From positions 136,462,001 through 136,526,000 of the forward strand of contig NC_042999.1 in assembly GCF_006345805.1 (NCBI RefSeq): a DNA stretch of 64,000 nucleotides, given 5' to 3'. This document shows positions 1-11,551 of the stretch, in pieces. Under the pieces are notes generated by a model. It was not told the DNA's origin. It saw only the letters and a list, made by a program, of their open reading frames with translations, and did no database searches. The translations under genes were made by a program, and so were the position numbers. Origin of the DNA: Octopus sinensis. Its lineage: Eukaryota. The stretch's first letter is position 1. The number at the start of each line of letters is the position of its first letter.

Positions 1-480
1 CCTTTTGCTGGTATGATGCCTGCCTTTCCTTTAAGCTTCTGTTTAAATAGGCCAGCCCTGCCTCATTTGGATCACATGAAACAGTTGTATTCTCAAAGTA
101 TTCCTACAGTAGTTCTCCAACCCAGAAGATGTTGTTGCTCTCACTTTTGAGTATGCATGGAATGTATTCATTTCTTTCTTTACTGTTCAGCAGGTGTTGT
201 CTGAGTGATACAATGTGATGAAAGAATATAACATTCAAAGGCCTTTTGGATCGACCTTATGCCTCTACTGCCATCACTTCATCTCACATAGACTCTATTA
301 GTGTTGCTGTTATGTGGAAGGCGATGAGGAGATAGACAAGCTATTGATGTACATGTTCTACATCTGGTCAACAATCTTTCTTTGGTTGACTACCATGTAT
401 GGGCATATAACTTGCCTAAACTCCATTCCTATGTCTCATGAGAATGTTATGACTAGTTTAAATTGTCTATTGATATTGAT
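1..480 (-). mobile_element. R4/Dong-like (RLE-class) non-LTR retrotransposon, degenerate RT C-terminal fragment
   Basis: Minus-strand translation with stops gives DIGMEFRQVICPYMVVNQRKIV (cf. DIGMxFGxxKCA) and NRVYVR*SDGSRGIRSIQKAFEC (cf. RLYxxRxxGGRGL), typical of R4/Dong RT. Confidence 0.55.
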
Positions 481-499
481 CATGTTACCATGTATGTGT

Positions 500-812
500 A
501 TATGTATGTAAGAATGTATGTATGTATATATGTATTTATGTATGTATGTATGTATGTATGTATGTATGTATGTATGTATGTATGTATGTATGTATGTATG
601 TATGTATGTATGTATGTTGGTAAGTATGTAAGTATGTATGATTGTATAAGTGTGTGTACATATGTACACATGTATGTATGTATTTATGTATGCATGTATG
701 TATGAGTGTTTGTGTGCATTTATCGGTCTGTTTGTATGTATGTATGTATGTATGTATGTATGTATGTATGTATGTATGTATGTATGTATGTATGTATGTA
801 TGTATGTATGAA
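500..812. repeat. (TATG)n microsatellite blocks
   Basis: Long pure TATG runs at about 538-615 and 735-810. Confidence 0.95.
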
Positions 813-940
813 TGAATGTATATATAGCTTACCATATTTTTCTAATTAAACTTGTTCCTCAACAAAAGAAATCATAAGGTTACAATGGAAGAAGACATCA
901 AGAATCAGAAATTAAACTCAATATTAAATCAAATTATGTG

Positions 941-985
<45 letters not shown>

Positions 986-1806
986 TGCGTGCGTGCTTGC
1001 GTGTGTTTCTATATATATGTGCGTGTGTTTTTGTTGTGTGTGAGTGTGTATGGGTGCAAGAGAGGGAGAGAGTCTTTAGCTGACCACTCAATTTGTCTGG
1101 AATTTAATAGTAGTCCCTTCCACTAACAGAACTTTCCAGTCAGATGATAATTTGATGTGAAAAATTATGGTCATTAATGAACAAAATTTATGTCTTGTGT
1201 AACATAAGCCCTTTGACCTCTAGATATACGTTAAATACACATCTACTGGTTGATGTGCATTATATCTACCACTTTCTTTGTATTTTGATATCATTAATGG
1301 TCGAGGGATCTTTTATTTTATAGTTTGTTTTTCCTTTATGTTTGTTTTGTTTTGTTTGTTTGAGTTTAGATGTTTATATACCAGGAATTTGCAAAGTGTT
1401 ATGGTTGCTGTAGCTTCCACATAGATTAGTCAATTTATTTTGGTTGATATCGATGCTTGAATCTGTTTCAAGAATATCTAGGATGGCCAAATTTTTATTT
1501 TTTATTGTTGCTGCTACTTAGCCATTAAGTTTTATTAACAAGAGGGACTTTTATTGGTGATGAAGACATAAAGGCATTAGCTTGGCAGAATTGGTTGTGA
1601 TATTTAGTTATGAATCTTAATATTCTAAGTTTAAATCTCCAGAAGATCAACTTTGTCTTTTCTTCAACCAGGATCAATAAAATGAAGTACTGCTCATGTA
1701 TTGGGGGTGATTCATATGATATATCCTAAAACTGAATGAAATTATAATAAAAAGATGCACAAGCTAAGATTGACTAGCCTTTGGAAGACTGGTTCCCCTG
1801 AGTCAA

Positions 1807-2037
1807 CCCTATCAAGTGTCAACAGCCTCAGTAAGCACTTATGGTGGCAACAGGTAATGAGGAATTAGGGTCTGATTCTAGAGAGGAAGCATGCAAAACA
1901 GCTACCACATCCAATGAAGGCAGCAGGTGCACAAAATTACTCACTTCCAACATGGAGAAGTAGTGACAAAAAACTATCATGCAGGACTCTGTTGAGGCCC
2001 TGCAGTCAGAATGAGTTACACTTCAAATCCATTAACA
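1807..2037 (+). pseudogene. 18S (SSU) rRNA pseudogene fragment, heavily CpG-decayed
   Basis: Colinear with the conserved SSU segment CCCTATCAA...ACGGGTAACGGGGAAT.AGGG...GATTCCGGAGAGGGAGC...GCTACCACATCCAAGGAAGGCAGCAGGCGCGCAAATTACCCA...AGTGACGAAAA...GAGGCCC...GAATGAGTACAC..AAATCC.TTAAC. Here it reads caggtaatgaggaattagggtctgattctagagaggaagc...gctaccacatccaatgaaggcagcaggtgcacaaaattac. Confidence 0.9.
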
Positions 2038-2489
2038 ATATGTTCTATTTATTTTAAATCTTCAAGTATTTACACATTTAGATTATTGTCATATTCAAAT
2101 TTTTCAGATTTAGAACATTCAACTCTTAGCTCATTTTTATATTTACACTTTTCATATGTGTCCATATATTTTCCTGTATATAGATCTTGTTCAGCTTTTG
2201 TTGACAGTAATTTGCAGGTAATCTGGGGTTTGATTTTGTTTTGTTTCATTATTTATCTTGCTTTTGCTAGGTCTCTGTCTTTGTGATTTACATTCTCAAA
2301 CACGAGAGTTTTAATGTTTGATTTTTTAAAATTTTATTTTCACTGTTGTTCAGCCTCAAGTTTGCCTTGATCAAACAGACCTTTGATCAAAAGTTTTCAG
2401 ACTGTTACCATCCTGTCTCTTTTGCATTTATAGTGATTTAAGGGAAACTTGCTTGTTGTTTATTGACTGTGTAGAGACTCCTACTTTGC

Positions 2490-2810
2490 AATTGTGTTTG
2501 TTTTCTGTTTATTATTTGTATTTTTTTATGTGTTCTTTATTTGATGTATTCTATTTCTATAGCTGACATCTTTCAAGTTGTCAGTGTATATCTACTTAAA
2601 TTATCTGAATGTATTGAAATCCAAAGTTATTTCTATATCAGAATTATGCTTTATCCAGATATTATGTATGTAAGTTGTAGCAGTCTCATTTTGGGGAAGA
2701 GTGTAGCTGTAAAATATATGTAACATGGAAATGTATTCATTTCTTCTCTGGTCCATGTATTCCTTTCCTGTTTTATGCATGGGTTTTCATAAGTAATGTC
2801 CAACCTTTTA
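2490..2810 (-). mobile_element. R4/Dong-like LINE, N-terminal (Myb-like) ORF remnant
   Basis: Minus-strand translation RNTWTREEMNTFPCYIFYSY...TYIHNIWIKHNSDIE...DNLSRY...MSAIEIEYIK resembles the R4/Dong N-terminal motif (KWTxEE...Y...IW...NL...R...LS..EIE). Confidence 0.45.
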
Positions 2811-3152
2811 TCTATATTGCATATATTTTTATTTGCATGGGCTCAAGCATAGTTGAGTGGTCAAGAAGTTTGCCTTGCAATCACAAGGGTCTGGGTTTGG
2901 TTTCATAGCATAGCATATTGAGCAAATATCCCTTACCATAATCTTGAGCCTTATGAGTGAAACTGGGTTGGGAGGAAATTGCATAGAAGCCTGTCAGTCA
3001 GATCATACCTGTAATTCAAAGGTCCAGTCTTTTCAGGAACAAAGTTCAGCCTTTTATTTAGAATGCATAAGCTTTCATCACATATTTTCATCACCAATTT
3101 AGCCTGAGGATTACATTAAGGGTGTCACACATCTGTGGAATACTTGGTAATT

Positions 3153-3618
3153 CATTTATTTGTATGAAAGGGGCAGACTCAGGAAGACATAGAATGAAGA
3201 GGTGAGAAAGGATCTTCAGACACTAGGCCTCACAGAGGAGATGACAAGGGACCAAGACTTCTGGCAATTTGCTGTGCTTGAGAAGACATGCCAAACTAAG
3301 TAGAATCATGACTGTTCATGCATACAGTCATGTCCTCTTCATCCTTCTTTCAGCTCAGAGATACTAGACTTGTGGCTTGTGGGAGCTGGTACCATATAAA
3401 AGTATCCATGCCTGTGCCACATAAAAGTGCCTGTGCCAGTACCACATGAAAGTGCACATGCGAGTACAATGTAAAAAGCACCCAATATGTTCTATAAAGT
3501 GGTTGGCATTAGGAAGAGCATCCAGCCATAAAACAATGCCAAAACAGACAAATGGTAAACTGTCCAACCCATGCCAGCATGGAGATCAGGCATTAGAAGA
3601 TGATGATGATGATGATGT
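3153..3618 (+). mobile_element. RTE LINE 3' end (ORF C-terminus, 3' UTR and (GAT)n tail)
   Basis: KGRLRKT*NEEVRKDLQTLGLTEEMTRDQDFWQFAVLEKT matches the C-terminus of the RTE at 24600-24731 (RGRPRKTWDEVVKHDLRTLGLTMEMTRDRDLWKYAVREKT). Ends ccaacccatgccagcatgga...gatgatgat. Confidence 0.85.
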
Positions 3619-4147
3619 AGTAAGTCAGTTAAATGATTTACCAAATGCTCAACTGCAAAACTAATGGAGGATCCATCATTATTTTTCTATTTACATTTTT
3701 TTTCACATTGATTGTGAATTTAGTGGGGCTCTTGAAAATTTGACTCAATCAAAAGCTTTCAATACAACCAACCATTGTTATTTGGTGGATGTCCCCCGCT
3801 GTTCAGAGCTGTTGGTTTGAGTTCAGTTTCCAGAGTTTGAATGACTTCTACGTACACTGGCATCTGCTAAATGATCAAATTAAATGGTTACTAATTAGAA
3901 CCATTTTGAATTGTGGGCTCGTGTCCTGACACTTGAGCCATGACTATGGAAAATGGAGTTGTTGTAAGGTATCCAATTTCAACTTGAACAATGGAGAGCT
4001 GTATTGACATAGGCAGGTGACATTACTATAACAGACTCTATGGTAGTTGATATAAATGGCATCATTCTGAAGAAATACAGAGCAGTGACAGAAGAAAGAA
4101 TTAATCTCAGAAAAATCTGTGGAATTGCAGCTCAGCTTTTAGAAAGA

Positions 4148-4405
4148 TTATTATTATCATTGCTATTATTGTTTTACTTCTCAGAACGTTTGGTCTTCTT
4201 TGTTCTGGTAGATTCTGTGACAGCGGATGGCAGCCTGCTGTCAGAGGTCTCACAGGATCTCTTTCTACACATTATAAGCTTTGATACTTGGTTGTTAATT
4301 ATCATGGGAGACATTCAACATCCAAGTACCAATCTCAAAATCCTAGCTATCTCCAGCAGAGCAGTTTTTTTGGCTTGCTCTACTCTCATGTCAATTTCAA
4401 TTTAA
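4148..4405 (-). mobile_element. R4/Dong-like LINE 3' end with (AAT)n tail, adjoining a (TTA)n microsatellite
   Basis: Minus strand encodes QKTALLEIARILRLVLG*, the canonical RLE-LINE C-terminus, followed by a 3' UTR ending aataatagcaatgataataat. The 5' side abuts the (TTA)n run at 4408-4470. Confidence 0.75.
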
Positions 4406-4407
4406 GG

Positions 4408-4408
4408 A

Positions 4409-4471
<63 letters not shown>
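4408..4471. repeat. (TTA)n microsatellite
   Basis: Pure TTA run. Confidence 0.95.
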
Positions 4472-4473
<2 letters not shown>

Positions 4474-4477
4474 GATA

Positions 4478-4690
4478 TAAGGTGGTGAGCTGGCAGAATC
4501 ATTAGCTCACCAGGCAAAATGCTTAGCGGCATTTCGCTCGTCTTGATGTTCTGATTTCAAATTCCAGTAACCTCATCTTTGCTTTCAATCCTTTTGGGGT
4601 CAACAAGTACTGGTGGAGTACTTGGATCAATGTAATTGACTAGCACCCACTCCTGAACTTGCTGACCTTGTGCCAAAATTTAAAACTATT
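4478..4690 (+). mobile_element. tRNA-derived SINE, family A (degenerate)
   Basis: ggtggtgagctggcagaatcattagc...aaatgcttagcggcatttcg; homologous to the young copy at 34387-34620. Further copies at about 1555-1700, 5415-5630, 7980-8095, 8480-8670 and 58745-58915. Confidence 0.8.
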
Positions 4691-5225
4691 ATTATTGAGT
4701 GAGAGAGCAGTGCATGCCATCAAAGTGACACTGGGGTACAAATATACAAAGCCCAATATACTCATCATGACTATCCATCTGATAAGGGTACACTAGACAC
4801 ATGCATCACAACCATATGTGCATGACATGGTAATCTCATATCAAGATAAACAATGTATGACCTTGCAAATGGGGCATAGTTAGAATTTTCTTCATTTCAA
4901 GTAGTTCATCCCACTCAAAAGGTCCCTGAATAAGGTTTGTGTAAGAATGATGAAGAAAACACCCATGTTTCCAGAGGTGAATTATTCAAACCCCAAAGAA
5001 TTCATTTCAACACATGGCTATGATGCTTCCCCACTACTTCTGCTCATGATCAGAGATGCACATATTGTCAGACATTAAGGGGCATGCTCAACTGGTTACG
5101 GTCAAGCAACTGACTAAGCAAATCAGTGGTATTGTGCAAAATATTTGCTGTAACCTGTCTTTTATTCCAAGACAAACCAATGTACATAATAACACTTCCT
5201 CTGGTACACTAGCACATGCATCACA
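4690..5225 (-). mobile_element. Unclassified non-coding interspersed repeat with (AAT)n tail and an internal 22-bp direct repeat
   Basis: On the minus strand ends ...ctctctcactcaataataataat. ggtacactag(a)cacatgcatcac occurs at about 4787 and 5202. Confidence 0.45.
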
Positions 5226-5627
5226 TTTATTTGTGTGAAAGGGGCAGACTCAGGAAGACATAGAATGAAGAGGTGAGAAAGGATCTTCAGACACTAGGCC
5301 TCACAGAGGAGATGACAAGGGGCCAAGATTTCTGGTGGGGCCCAGTTAGAATTATCTTCAGGTTGAGTAGCTCATCATTATTATTATTATTAGTTCATGC
5401 TTATTATTATTACTAAGGCGGCAAGCTGGCAGAATCGTTAGTGTACCAGACAAAATGCTTAGCAGTATTTCACCCATCGCTACGTTCTGGGCACAAATCC
5501 CACTGAGGTCGACTTTACCTTCCATCCTTTCAGGGTTAATAAAATAAGTACCAGTTGAACACTGGGGTTGATGTAATTGACTTATCCCCTCCCAAAAAAT
5601 TGCTGCCCCTGTGGCAAAATTTGAAGC

Positions 5628-5681
<54 letters not shown>

Positions 5682-6245
5682 CATTATTGTTATTATTAAC
5701 TGAAATCATTATTGTTGTTGTTTGCCATGAACGGTTGTGTTTCATGGAGCCCCTGGCATATTTATGATGATTATTTATTGAAAAGATTATTTATTGAAAC
5801 AAAAATTATTCTTTATATTCTCATTTCTCATTCTGGAATGTTGGCAAAGACTTTTAGATTAATTTAGAATTCATCGCAATTCACTGGTGTGAAAAAATAT
5901 TTTGATATTGTTCAATTTAAATGTATATATATATATTTCTACCATTGGCCATAAGATATATTTACCCTTGTTGCAATATAGACCACTTCAGAAGCAGCAG
6001 CAAAAAATTTTCAGCACTTTAGTGATAGTAATAAACTCAATAATGTCAACAAATATATCTTTCAGTTATTTTCATACATAGAGATGGACTTAATTAAAAA
6101 GAAATCCTAGACAATGTGAAAACTGAATAAACAGCTAGATCTTCCAACAAGGACACTTAGAGTATGCATCCCAACCACATGGTTCTATGTTCAGTCCCAC
6201 TGCATAACACTTTGGCCAAGTGTCTTCTACTACAAACTCATATCA

Positions 6246-6488
<243 letters not shown>

Positions 6489-7499
6489 TTAATCTTAATC
6501 AAAATGTACAGTATTTTATATTCATTGTGGCCAATCTTACCAATTGGTCTCATACTAGGGGTTCAATGGAGTGTTAGATAACAGTCCAGTTATGCAACCT
6601 TGCACTCTTCAGTGATGGCAGTTATTAACTGAAATATGGTGACAGCTGGTGTGGGTTGGATAATTTGACAAGGATCTAAATAAGTCCAAGGTCTGCAGTG
6701 TACTCCAGTTGTCTGCTTTGGCATGGTTTCTATGGCTGAATACTAACTGTTTTACTGGCTACTTTTTCTTGTACCACCAGCACTACTGAGGTCACCATGT
6801 AACTTACAAGTCTACATTAAGGAAAAGGTTGGGGTAGAGCAGGTTCTTGTTATAGAGATTAGCTATACATGGCATGTCCTTTACACGTCCATGTCCTACC
6901 CCTGCACACAATCTGTCTCCACCTGACAAAACCTCCTCCAAAATCCCATCGTCCCAACATTCCTCCTATCCTCACCAATGCTGGCCACCTACTGTATTCC
7001 CCTCCACTATCCCTAATGCACATAATATATCCCCACTAAATCTCTTCCCTACAACATATCCTCCTAATGCCTCCTCCCTCAACTTGTGCCCACTCATTAC
7101 ACTCTCCCTCTCTATCTGCCACACTCTCCTTTCACAATCTCATGAACTCAATCACCTATTCACCCACCCCCTCTCCATCACATCTTCACCATCTTTTCTT
7201 CCTCCTCTCTCTCTCACCACCAGAGGTGGTGAGAGATAGAGAAAGGAGCCATGTTTTCTCCTCTAATGCAAAACTCCTTTTTTTTCTGTCCTCCAATACA
7301 ACTCCCCCCATTGCGTTGAGGGTTCTTGATTTACAAGTCACTTGGTGACCTTATTGCTGCTGTTACCCCATAAATAGCATCCAGTACAGTCTGTAATATA
7401 GTTGGCATTGGAAAGGGCATCCAGCTGTAGAAATGATACTAAAGCAGAGGACAGGGTTTGGTGCAGTCTTCTGACTTACTAGTTCCTGTTTTTCTGTTC

Positions 7500-7960
7500 A
7501 ACCCAGTAGCTTTATTTTCATCATGTGCTTTCACTGCACTACTGAGCAGAGCTCTATGTGCCTTGGGTACGTGCTGTGGTTTGTTGTGGTATTCTGATTT
7601 TCACTGCATTGAAAGTGCTTTACATATGATGTGCACAGTGCCTAGTAGTGCTATTTTCTGCATGTTATATTCATTTATAAGTCCTGGTGTTTTGGTTAAG
7701 TATTTGTCTGATTATTTTTTAATCATACCTAATGCACCTTTTATCATAGGGAGTGTTTCAGTTTATAGGCTCCACATTTGGATTATCTCTATTTCCAGAT
7801 CTTTGTGATTTGAGAGTTTCTCCATTTCTTTTAGAGATACATTGTCAGTATTGATACATCAACTACAAGGCATTTTTTCTGGGTGATTTCTGACAACTGT
7901 ATTTGGTTTATTAGCCTTGATTTCTCTATTTGTGTGTATTGACATATCCCAGAGTATGGC
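7500..7960 (-). mobile_element. R4/Dong-like LINE 3' end: restriction-like endonuclease domain
   Basis: Minus strand: WDMSIHTNREIKANKPNTVV...DNVSLKEMEKLSNHKDLEIEIIQMW...PMIKGALG...QKIALLGTVHII, matching the PD-(D/E)xK RLE consensus (WD..I.TD..I.AN.PDIV...KE.EK..KY.DL...P..IGALG). Confidence 0.85.
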
Positions 7961-9052
7961 TGCTTATTATTATTCTGCTAGGGTCAACTTTGCTTCTCCC
8001 TCTTTTGGAGTTGATTAAATAAGTACCAGTTGAGTACTGGCATTGATGTAATCAACAAGCCCCAACCCCTAAAATTGTTGGCCTTGTGACAAAATCATTA
8101 TTATTATTATATGACTTTTAATAGTTTCAGATAAATTTCTTCAGTATCACCTGCTACACCTCTGTTGCTGAGATGTGTACAGCATTGGGTGATCTTTTTT
8201 TTTGGTGGGGGGAAGTATTGCATCAATTTACTTTGTTATGGGCTTTCGCTTGAGTCTTTTGTTGTATGACTGTTTGTATTGTGTTCTGTATGCGTAATGC
8301 AAGTTGTGTTCTTCTGTTGGGTATCTTACCTGTAGAGTACATGTTGTGGAGGTTGTTTATTTTACTGGATATTTACTGTATAGAGTATCTTGTGCTTGTG
8401 GATTGTTGTATTTGGGTTGTAATAGAATTAATAGTTTCTTGTGTAGAACGTGGGCTTTTCCATTAATATTATCTTTATGAGGATGGTGAGCTGGTGGAAT
8501 TGCTAGTATGCTGAGCAAAATGCTTAATAGTATTTCATCTGTCTTTACATTCTGAGTTCTAATTCTGCTGTGATCAACTTCACCTTTTATCCTTTGGGGG
8601 TCAATAAAATAAGTACCAGCTGAACACTGGGGTCAATTGCTGGCTTCATGCCAAAATTTGAAACCATTATTATTATTGTTGTTGTTGTTATATTTTTCTA
8701 TAACCTACAGGTTGAAACAAGTAAAAGATAATGATATATGTATATTTAATATTTGAACTGCTGAATATATTCACATCAACATTAAAGTCATAAAGTAACT
8801 ATCTTTTCTAAAATAAATTTTATATTAGAGTTGCATTTGAAGGGTAAATAATTCTACAAAAATCTGTTGGTAATTTAATTTCAGACAGATATTACATTTC
8901 AATGAGTTTACAATAGTAAGAAAAAAAAATGTCCTGCTTCTTTGTATGACATTTCAACATTTCACAAAATGTATTGCTTTTGTATAAAATATTCAATGTT
9001 TTATGCAATTACAAATTCAATCTTTTCACTAACATCCTAAAGTAGTTATAAA

Positions 9053-9152
9053 TTATGCAACAATATCAAAGAACTCCAAAGTCGAGTGCAGTAGAGATGC
9101 ATAAAGACTATCTTTCATATCTTCATCCTCCGCATTCAACCATGTGTAAAAT
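9053..9152 (-). CDS. Candidate terminal coding exon of an unidentified host gene
   Basis: Acceptor tattctttcag|a, then the open frame FYTWLNAEDEDMKDSLYASLLHSTLEFFDIVA followed by TAA. Lies in non-repetitive sequence and retains CpGs. No homologue recognised. Confidence 0.45.
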
Positions 9153-9561
9153 CTGAAAGAATACAGCTTATCTAACTGTTTTATTGAAGACTTTTATGCT
9201 GATCTTGTTAGGAGGTTTGATTCATAACTGTAAATCGTTAAATGTTTCTTTATTTTATAAGGAATCCTTGCAATGGATGGAGTAAATGTATAACTAAAAG
9301 ACCATACAAGCAGTGTTGTTCTTAATTTAATATTACTAAATAGAACAGCCATATAAGTCATAAACCAGTGAGCAGAATAATTTATCTCATAAATTTAATC
9401 AAATATGACACAGTTATCTAAGGAGGTAAGAGCAATATCAAGTAATAGTTTCATGTATCTAACTAACTACACATCCATATTTCTCAGATTAATGGGATTG
9501 CAGTTTTGTTGATAAGACTATTCTATCTTAGTTGTGTTCTTCATTCACAAGAAGAGTGTAG

Positions 9562-10015
9562 TCATCATCATCATTTAATGTCCACTTTCCATGTTTGCAT
9601 GGGTTAGACAGTTTGACTGGAGATGGTAAGTCAGAGAGCTGTACCAGCTCCAGTCTGTTTTGACATGTTTTCTACAGCTGGATGCCCTTTCTAACACCAA
9701 CCACTCCACAGAGTGTACTGGGTATCTTTTACATGTCGCTAACATGGGTGCCTTTTATGTGTCACCAGCATGATTACTTTTATGTGTCACTGGCACAAGT
9801 GCCTTTTATGTGTCACTGGCATGGGTGCCATTCACACATCTCTGGTATTAGGCCATGACCACAATTTCACTTAGTTTGACAAGTCTTTTCATGCACAGCA
9901 AATTGCCAGAAGTCTTGGTCACTTGTCTTTTTGCCTCTATGAGACTCAACATCCCATTTCACCACCTTGTCCCATGTCTTCCTGGGTTTCCCACTCCCAC
10001 AGGTTCCTTCCACAA
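9562..10015 (-). mobile_element. RTE LINE 3' end (second subfamily)
   Basis: Minus strand encodes SGKPRKTWDKVVK, followed by the UTR with gtgcc..ggcac-like units and a (GAT)n tail at 9562-9575. Confidence 0.8.
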
Positions 10016-10029
10016 TTAGAGGTTGACAC

Positions 10030-10250
10030 TTCTTGAATAAACCTCAGTGAATGCCTAAGTAACAAATTGGATAAGCTAAGGTTTTCAGAAAAAGAAATCA
10101 ACCAGGTAATTTGTACATTACAAATACAATTTGTCAGAAGAACTTTAAAACTATGCAAGACTTTTGTTATCTATGTTCCAGCGATGGAATTTGTATCTTT
10201 ATTAGAAAACAGCCCCTTCCTCCGAGGATTTCAAATAATTAGAAACAGAA
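10030..10250 (+). mobile_element. R4/Dong-like LINE extreme 3' end
   Basis: CLSNKLDKLRFSEKEINQVICTLQIQFVRRTLKLCKTF is homologous to CLSNNLEKLGFSKPEKRKLIRLLQIQVINRIVKICKTS at 45095-45225. Confidence 0.7.
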
Positions 10251-10526
10251 GAGAACATACATACCATTTGCATGATGTACACACTTGTTTACTTAAGATG
10301 TCAAAACAAAGAGATTCAAGCATACACATATACATATATTTATATACATATGTATACAATGGGCTTCTTTCTGCTTCTGCCTACAAAATCCACTTACAAG
10401 GCTTCATATTCATTCATACATAAGAATATACATACATATACATATACATACATGTATGCATACATACATACATACATACATACATACATACATACATACA
10501 TACATCTGTACATATGTATGTACATG

Positions 10527-10945
10527 TGATTGTTACCAGCGTTGCCTCACTGGCACTCGAACCCCATGCTAGTAGGATATTAAGAGTATCATCCGAGTGT
10601 GATCGTTGCCAGAGTGGCTATCTGGTCTCCATGCCGGTGGCATGTAAAAGACACCATTCGAGCGTGATCGTTACCAGCATCACCTTACTGGCACCTGTGC
10701 CGGTGGCATGTGTAAAAGATTCGTGCGAGGTCGTTGCCAGTACCGCCTGACAGACCCCATGCCAGTGGCACGTAAAAGCACCCACTACACTACCGGAGTG
10801 GTTGGCGTTAGGAAGGGCATTCAGCTGTAGAAACTCTGCCAGATCAAGATTGAAGCCTGGTACAGCCATCTGGTTCGCCAGCCTTCAGTCAAATCGTCCA
10901 ACCCATGCTAGCATGGAAAGCAGACGTTAAATGATGATGATGATA
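10527..10945 (+). mobile_element. RTE 3' UTR-derived element with about four tandem ~60-bp units and (GAT)n tail
   Basis: Repeated gtgccggtggca(c/t)gtaaaa...ccg agtgtgatcgtt.ccag units, then the conserved tail cccactacac...catgctagcatggaaagcagacgttaaatgatgatgat. Confidence 0.85.
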
Positions 10946-11551
10946 TGTGTATGTACATCTGTGTTTATGTATGTATATGTGTGTGTGTGTGTGCATTATA
11001 CACACATACAGAGGCAAAACCTCGAAGTCACTATCACTGCTTGAAAGCACTATTATTGTTAAAGAATAATATGTATGAAATCTACAAAAAGTATTTCATC
11101 CTTCAGTTTAATCTAAAATTGTTTTTGGTATAATGACATAAAAACAAACATTAATATATACACACATACATACACATATAAAAGCACACATATGTATATA
11201 TCTATGTTTGTTTCTTATGCACAAATGAATGCTAACCAATGAAAGGCTTCTACACAGTTACCAGACCAGTTTAAAGTTGTAGTGGATTGTCAATGGATTT
11301 TAAAGAGGGTATCATATTTCAAAGTTCTGAAAATTGTTTCACCATAATAAAAGCGAAAAGACTATGGCTGAAACTACAAATTGAAGTTGCTCACTTCAGT
11401 ATTGGATGTCAGCTTAAGTAAAAACTACTTAAGTATCCCCCCCAAAAAAAAAAATCACAGCAACAACTGAAAGATTAGTTATTGTTGTTGTTGTTGTTGA
11501 GTAACTAGAATTGTACCAGCAGAAATAATAATAGAAATAACTCAACAACAA

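Noticed and set aside
2037-2500. Idea that the R4/Dong-like remnant inserted site-specifically into the 18S fragment
   Set aside because: About 450 bp of unassigned sequence separates them, and there is no 3' end or downstream 18S continuation.
11259-11323. Minus-strand segment with a good acceptor and donor (ttttcag|...ctg|gtaact)
   Set aside because: Stop codons in all three frames.
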